Shown here one piece after another: positions 60,473 through 64,000 of a DNA stretch of 64,000 bases (the first letter of the stretch is position 1; each line of letters opens with the position of its first letter). The notes under the pieces were generated by a model. It saw nothing but the letters and a program-made list of their open reading frames with translations. It searched no databases and had not been told where the DNA came from. The stretch is from Macrostomum hystrix (Eukaryota > Animalia > Platyhelminthes). The stretch spans positions 5,456,001 to 5,520,000 of the forward strand of contig CATNEN010000005.1 in the NCBI GenBank assembly GCA_950097015.1, in the 5' to 3' direction. The position numbers and the translations under genes were made by a program.

Positions 60473-63323
60473 TGGTGGGCACCTCCTGATGGTCTTCAGT
60501 GGGCTTAAAGTTGTGCATGCTGAAATTGAAGCTACCTTTTTTATTTAATCTCCAACTGAAAATCAAAAGCTCCTAATAACCCAAGTTAAATGCAATACTG
60601 TCTGAAGAAAAATGTCTGTTTGCATCAAATATTTGAGATTGATTAAAAAGTCATAAGTCTAATGAAACTAAAAGAGTCAATATACAAATCAGACACAAAA
60701 ATTAATAAAAATATGTATATTAAACTGGCTAGCTAATTATCACAGGAGTGTTTTACACAAGTTGAACAACTCTAAACAGCACTAAACTAAGGGGTGAAAA
60801 GTTTGTGGCATGACAAAATTGACTATTATATTTGGCTATATCAATTTTATTATAATATATATGAGTAAAACTTTTTTGGGTGTATGGATAGGTTGATAAG
60901 GAAATAAAAAACAATTGTTCCTTTTATAAGACTATCTAATAAAACATATGGTAGTCATTTTTCAGATTTTTGAAAAAAAAATAATACAAAAAATATGTAT
61001 TGATATTAAGCTATCCTGTATCAATGTTAAGGAACTTAAGCTATCTATCTGGTAATAAAATATTGATTTTAATGATTCATTCTGACATATAACTAATAGA
61101 CTATCTGCACAGATTATAAGAATTATTAGATGCTTCTGAATTTTAAGGAGCCTAATAAAAAACAAAATTTTAAACATTTTACATAGAAAGGCAAGAATCA
61201 ACATTTAACGACGCATTTCGCACAACAGTGTGCATCTTCAGGTTTATGTTAAACAAATGTAGCAAGTAGAGGAGTGAATTAATATGAGATTTTTGGGTGT
61301 AAATTTAATCAATAATTTTATATGTTCAGTACATATTTGATAGTGTGTAAGTCAAGAGGCAAAGTCCAGGGATGGATTGTTAGCATTGCAGCCAACAGTA
61401 CAGAATGTACAGCCAGTGCCCCCTCCCTCAGAACACACGGAGAACATGGCCCACGCCACTGTGTTGGAGTTGAGTGTTGAGGTTGGGGGAATGCGCTTTT
61501 ATGTACAACACTTCTACGCAATATGATTTGAAAATAGCTTATGTGCAATAGTTGCAAAAAACTTCTGCAAGAGATATAAAATACAATGCAGGTATTTAAA
61601 AAAGCTTTTTAAGTATAATGGGCTCGGTTAGTGTTCTAATACTGTGTGTGGTTGGTTGTGTCATCTATCACAATCATCAGATATCATAATATAAAAATAC
61701 AATTTTTAATGTCATTTAGTTCTAATTTCGCAAAAGATAGAAAGCGAATTAGCAAAGTTAAACATTTTATTATAAGATGGAAATATTTTTGTTAGACTGC
61801 TCATTGTTACACAGTTAAAATAAAGTTCCCAGCAGCAACTAGTTTCCCAATCCAAGTTAACCAGTTTACACTTTAGACCGGCACATAAAAATAAAAAAGT
61901 TCATATCATTAGAATTTATCATTCGCTTTTAAAAGAGATATTTTCAATGCATCGTATACATGCACTTAAACTACACAACCATCTCTATTGTGATGCCCTT
62001 TGCACTTGGTTATTTGTCAAATTGCGAAAAAGAACTTTACACGGTCAAATCAAAAAATTGTTTGGTTATTAATGGTTTAAACAAAAAAGTTTACTGATAA
62101 ACTGGTTAAAATGAATTTGAATAGCATATACTGCTCTTAAATAGTGTCTGCAAAATGTAGCTTATACGACTATATGGAATGGAATAAATAAAAATTTTAT
62201 TGGACTCAACTATTTATTTAGATGCGATTTTCACTTTCAGCTGAGAACCATATACTAACGTCAACTGGATACAGTAGACCTATCAAAATTATTCTTAAAT
62301 GACTACGACGCTGTCGACTAACGATGCAATATAATTAGTCGTTTTATTAGACATTAATTCGTGGCGTAATATGCATAATTCGGGGAATTATCTCCATACG
62401 TGCACTTGGTAGAGGATACTTAATTTGCAAGTTCGTACCTATTTTCTTACCTTCGTCCAAAATTAATGAAAAGAGGATTTGTAATAGTTTTTATGCGGTC
62501 ACACGAAGATTAGACCAAGTTTAAACTGTTTTTCTCTTCAGTTGAAAAATCGTGATTTATATACTTATTTTAAGACTATGAGTCCACGAGTAGGTAGAGT
62601 GGAAAAAAGTAATGAGCAACAGACGCCAAGCATTTGGTCTTGCAACCTAGCATAGTAGAACAAGGGGGGAGACAAACGTCAAATAAAAACAGAAAGGTCG
62701 CAAAATAAGCTTTCGGACGTCTGTTTAGTTGAGCTAAAACTATGTGAGAGGACTTCAGCTTGTCTAACAAATAAGACAGCTAGTAGACTACTTCTATTGT
62801 GGTCCAGGTATACATGTCTTTTTATTCAATAAGAACGGAAGAGATCCTACTGATGTATGACAAACATAGTATCCGTGCAGGTGCTTAATTATTTCCAGAG
62901 ATCAGGTGAAACGCTCTCGTGTATTTAACTTGATATTGGAGAAAAATCTGAATGGGATTTCTTTTGATAGAATGTTGAGATAGTAAAAAATGACTATTGG
63001 ATTAAGGCATACGAAGAAAATTAAAAAAATCATCTCAGATGACTTGTGGATTTTAACGTGCCAAAATTTCTAACCTACATAGGCAGTAAATCGAGCAACC
63101 TGAAAATACACCTGGAACATCTAAAACGATAGACGTGCACTTTGATTTGTTATCTACCAACACATACTTTGTTGGTTACTTAACTACAATAAAATTCGGC
63201 CTCAGAATCATTCTTAGAGTAGCTTGAGGTTAAGAGTGGCTTGATGGTTAAGAGTCGCTTGATGGTTAAGAGTCGCTTGATTCCTGTCGTACATTCTGTC
63301 AGGTAAAGATCGACTGCTCAATC

Positions 63324-63772
63324 CTAGTAAACCAGCATCTCGGCCTCCTTCAGCGAATAGTAGGGTCCGTATGGCTTCATCCAGTTGATTCCAAGAGCGT
63401 AGCCTGTGCTAACAGCACCTGGCCAGCTGTGGTACTGGCCATTCAGGTGAACGGCAAAGCAGCTATTGAACCACCAAGCTCCTTTGAACCAATCGGCACA
63501 GTTGGTATGTGATTTATCGTTGTCTTTATCTATTGTGCTAAACGGTTGGCCGTTTGTGATGACAATGTCGAGTCCGTCCCATGGTGTAGTGAACGAATCG
63601 CCGATTCCGTAACTGCCAGAGAAGCCGGACACGCTTAATTGAAATAGTTTATCTGGAGAGTCAACAGAAAAGCTGGAGTACATAGCCCAGCTCTGGCTAT
63701 TGTTCCACGATTTCATCAGGATCAGAAGCTTTCTGGGCTTCGGATTGGTCAGATCATAGAGACTGTTTAGGC
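63324..63772 (-). CDS. Last exon of a fibrinogen-related domain (FReD; ficolin/angiopoietin/tenascin-like) protein; upstream exons lie outside the window
   Basis: Acceptor TTGCAG at 63773, phase 1, giving GLNSLYDLT..; NGQPFSTIDKDND..NCA..FKGAWWFNSC..LNGQY..GINW..YYSLKEAEM; stop TAG at 63324. Confidence 0.93.
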
Positions 63773-64000
63773 CTGCAATGTAAATTTAAACAAAAATGAT
63801 GGATTATAATTAATGTTTCGTTTCTCAATTTTCTTGCGAACCGTGGTTACTATTTTAATTTCACTTGTGCGTGATCAGGTTATGGTAACGCATAAACCAT
63901 TGTTCAGCTGGTTTAGATGATTAAAAGTAGAACTATACCAATGGGGTGGAAATTCCCCGTGACAATTGTTTGTGCTGCACCCGAACGGAGCAACGCAAGC

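Overview
Eukaryotic (metazoan) genomic DNA with GT-AG introns, AT-rich non-coding sequence and about 30 distinct tandem-repeat arrays covering roughly 40% of the window (about 26-27 kb, summed by hand). The style (poly-Ala/Gln tracts, many unrelated intronic minisatellites) suggests a free-living flatworm or similar invertebrate; this is inference only. Seven genes were reconstructed by hand from splice sites and reading phase: (1) an intronless GAS1/GFRa-domain GPI-anchored protein (-); (2) a 3-exon type II membrane coiled-coil protein, GOLM/GOLIM4-like (+); (3) an intronless single-pass KCNE-like membrane protein (+); (4) a 29-exon, ~1673-aa SMP-domain extended-synaptotagmin/tricalbin-like protein with seven C2 domains (-); (5) a 2-exon SCP2/SCPx-type thiolase ending in PTS1 AKL (-); (6) a 5-exon non-permuted NlpC/P60 papain-like cysteine hydrolase spread over 24 kb of repeat-filled introns (-); and (7) the last exon of a fibrinogen-domain gene (-). 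There are also three copies of a probable tRNA-derived SINE and a 21-bp TA-flanked palindromic insertion. Most long ORFs in the supplied track inside arrays are repeat artefacts. All family calls come from motif recognition; no database searches were run.
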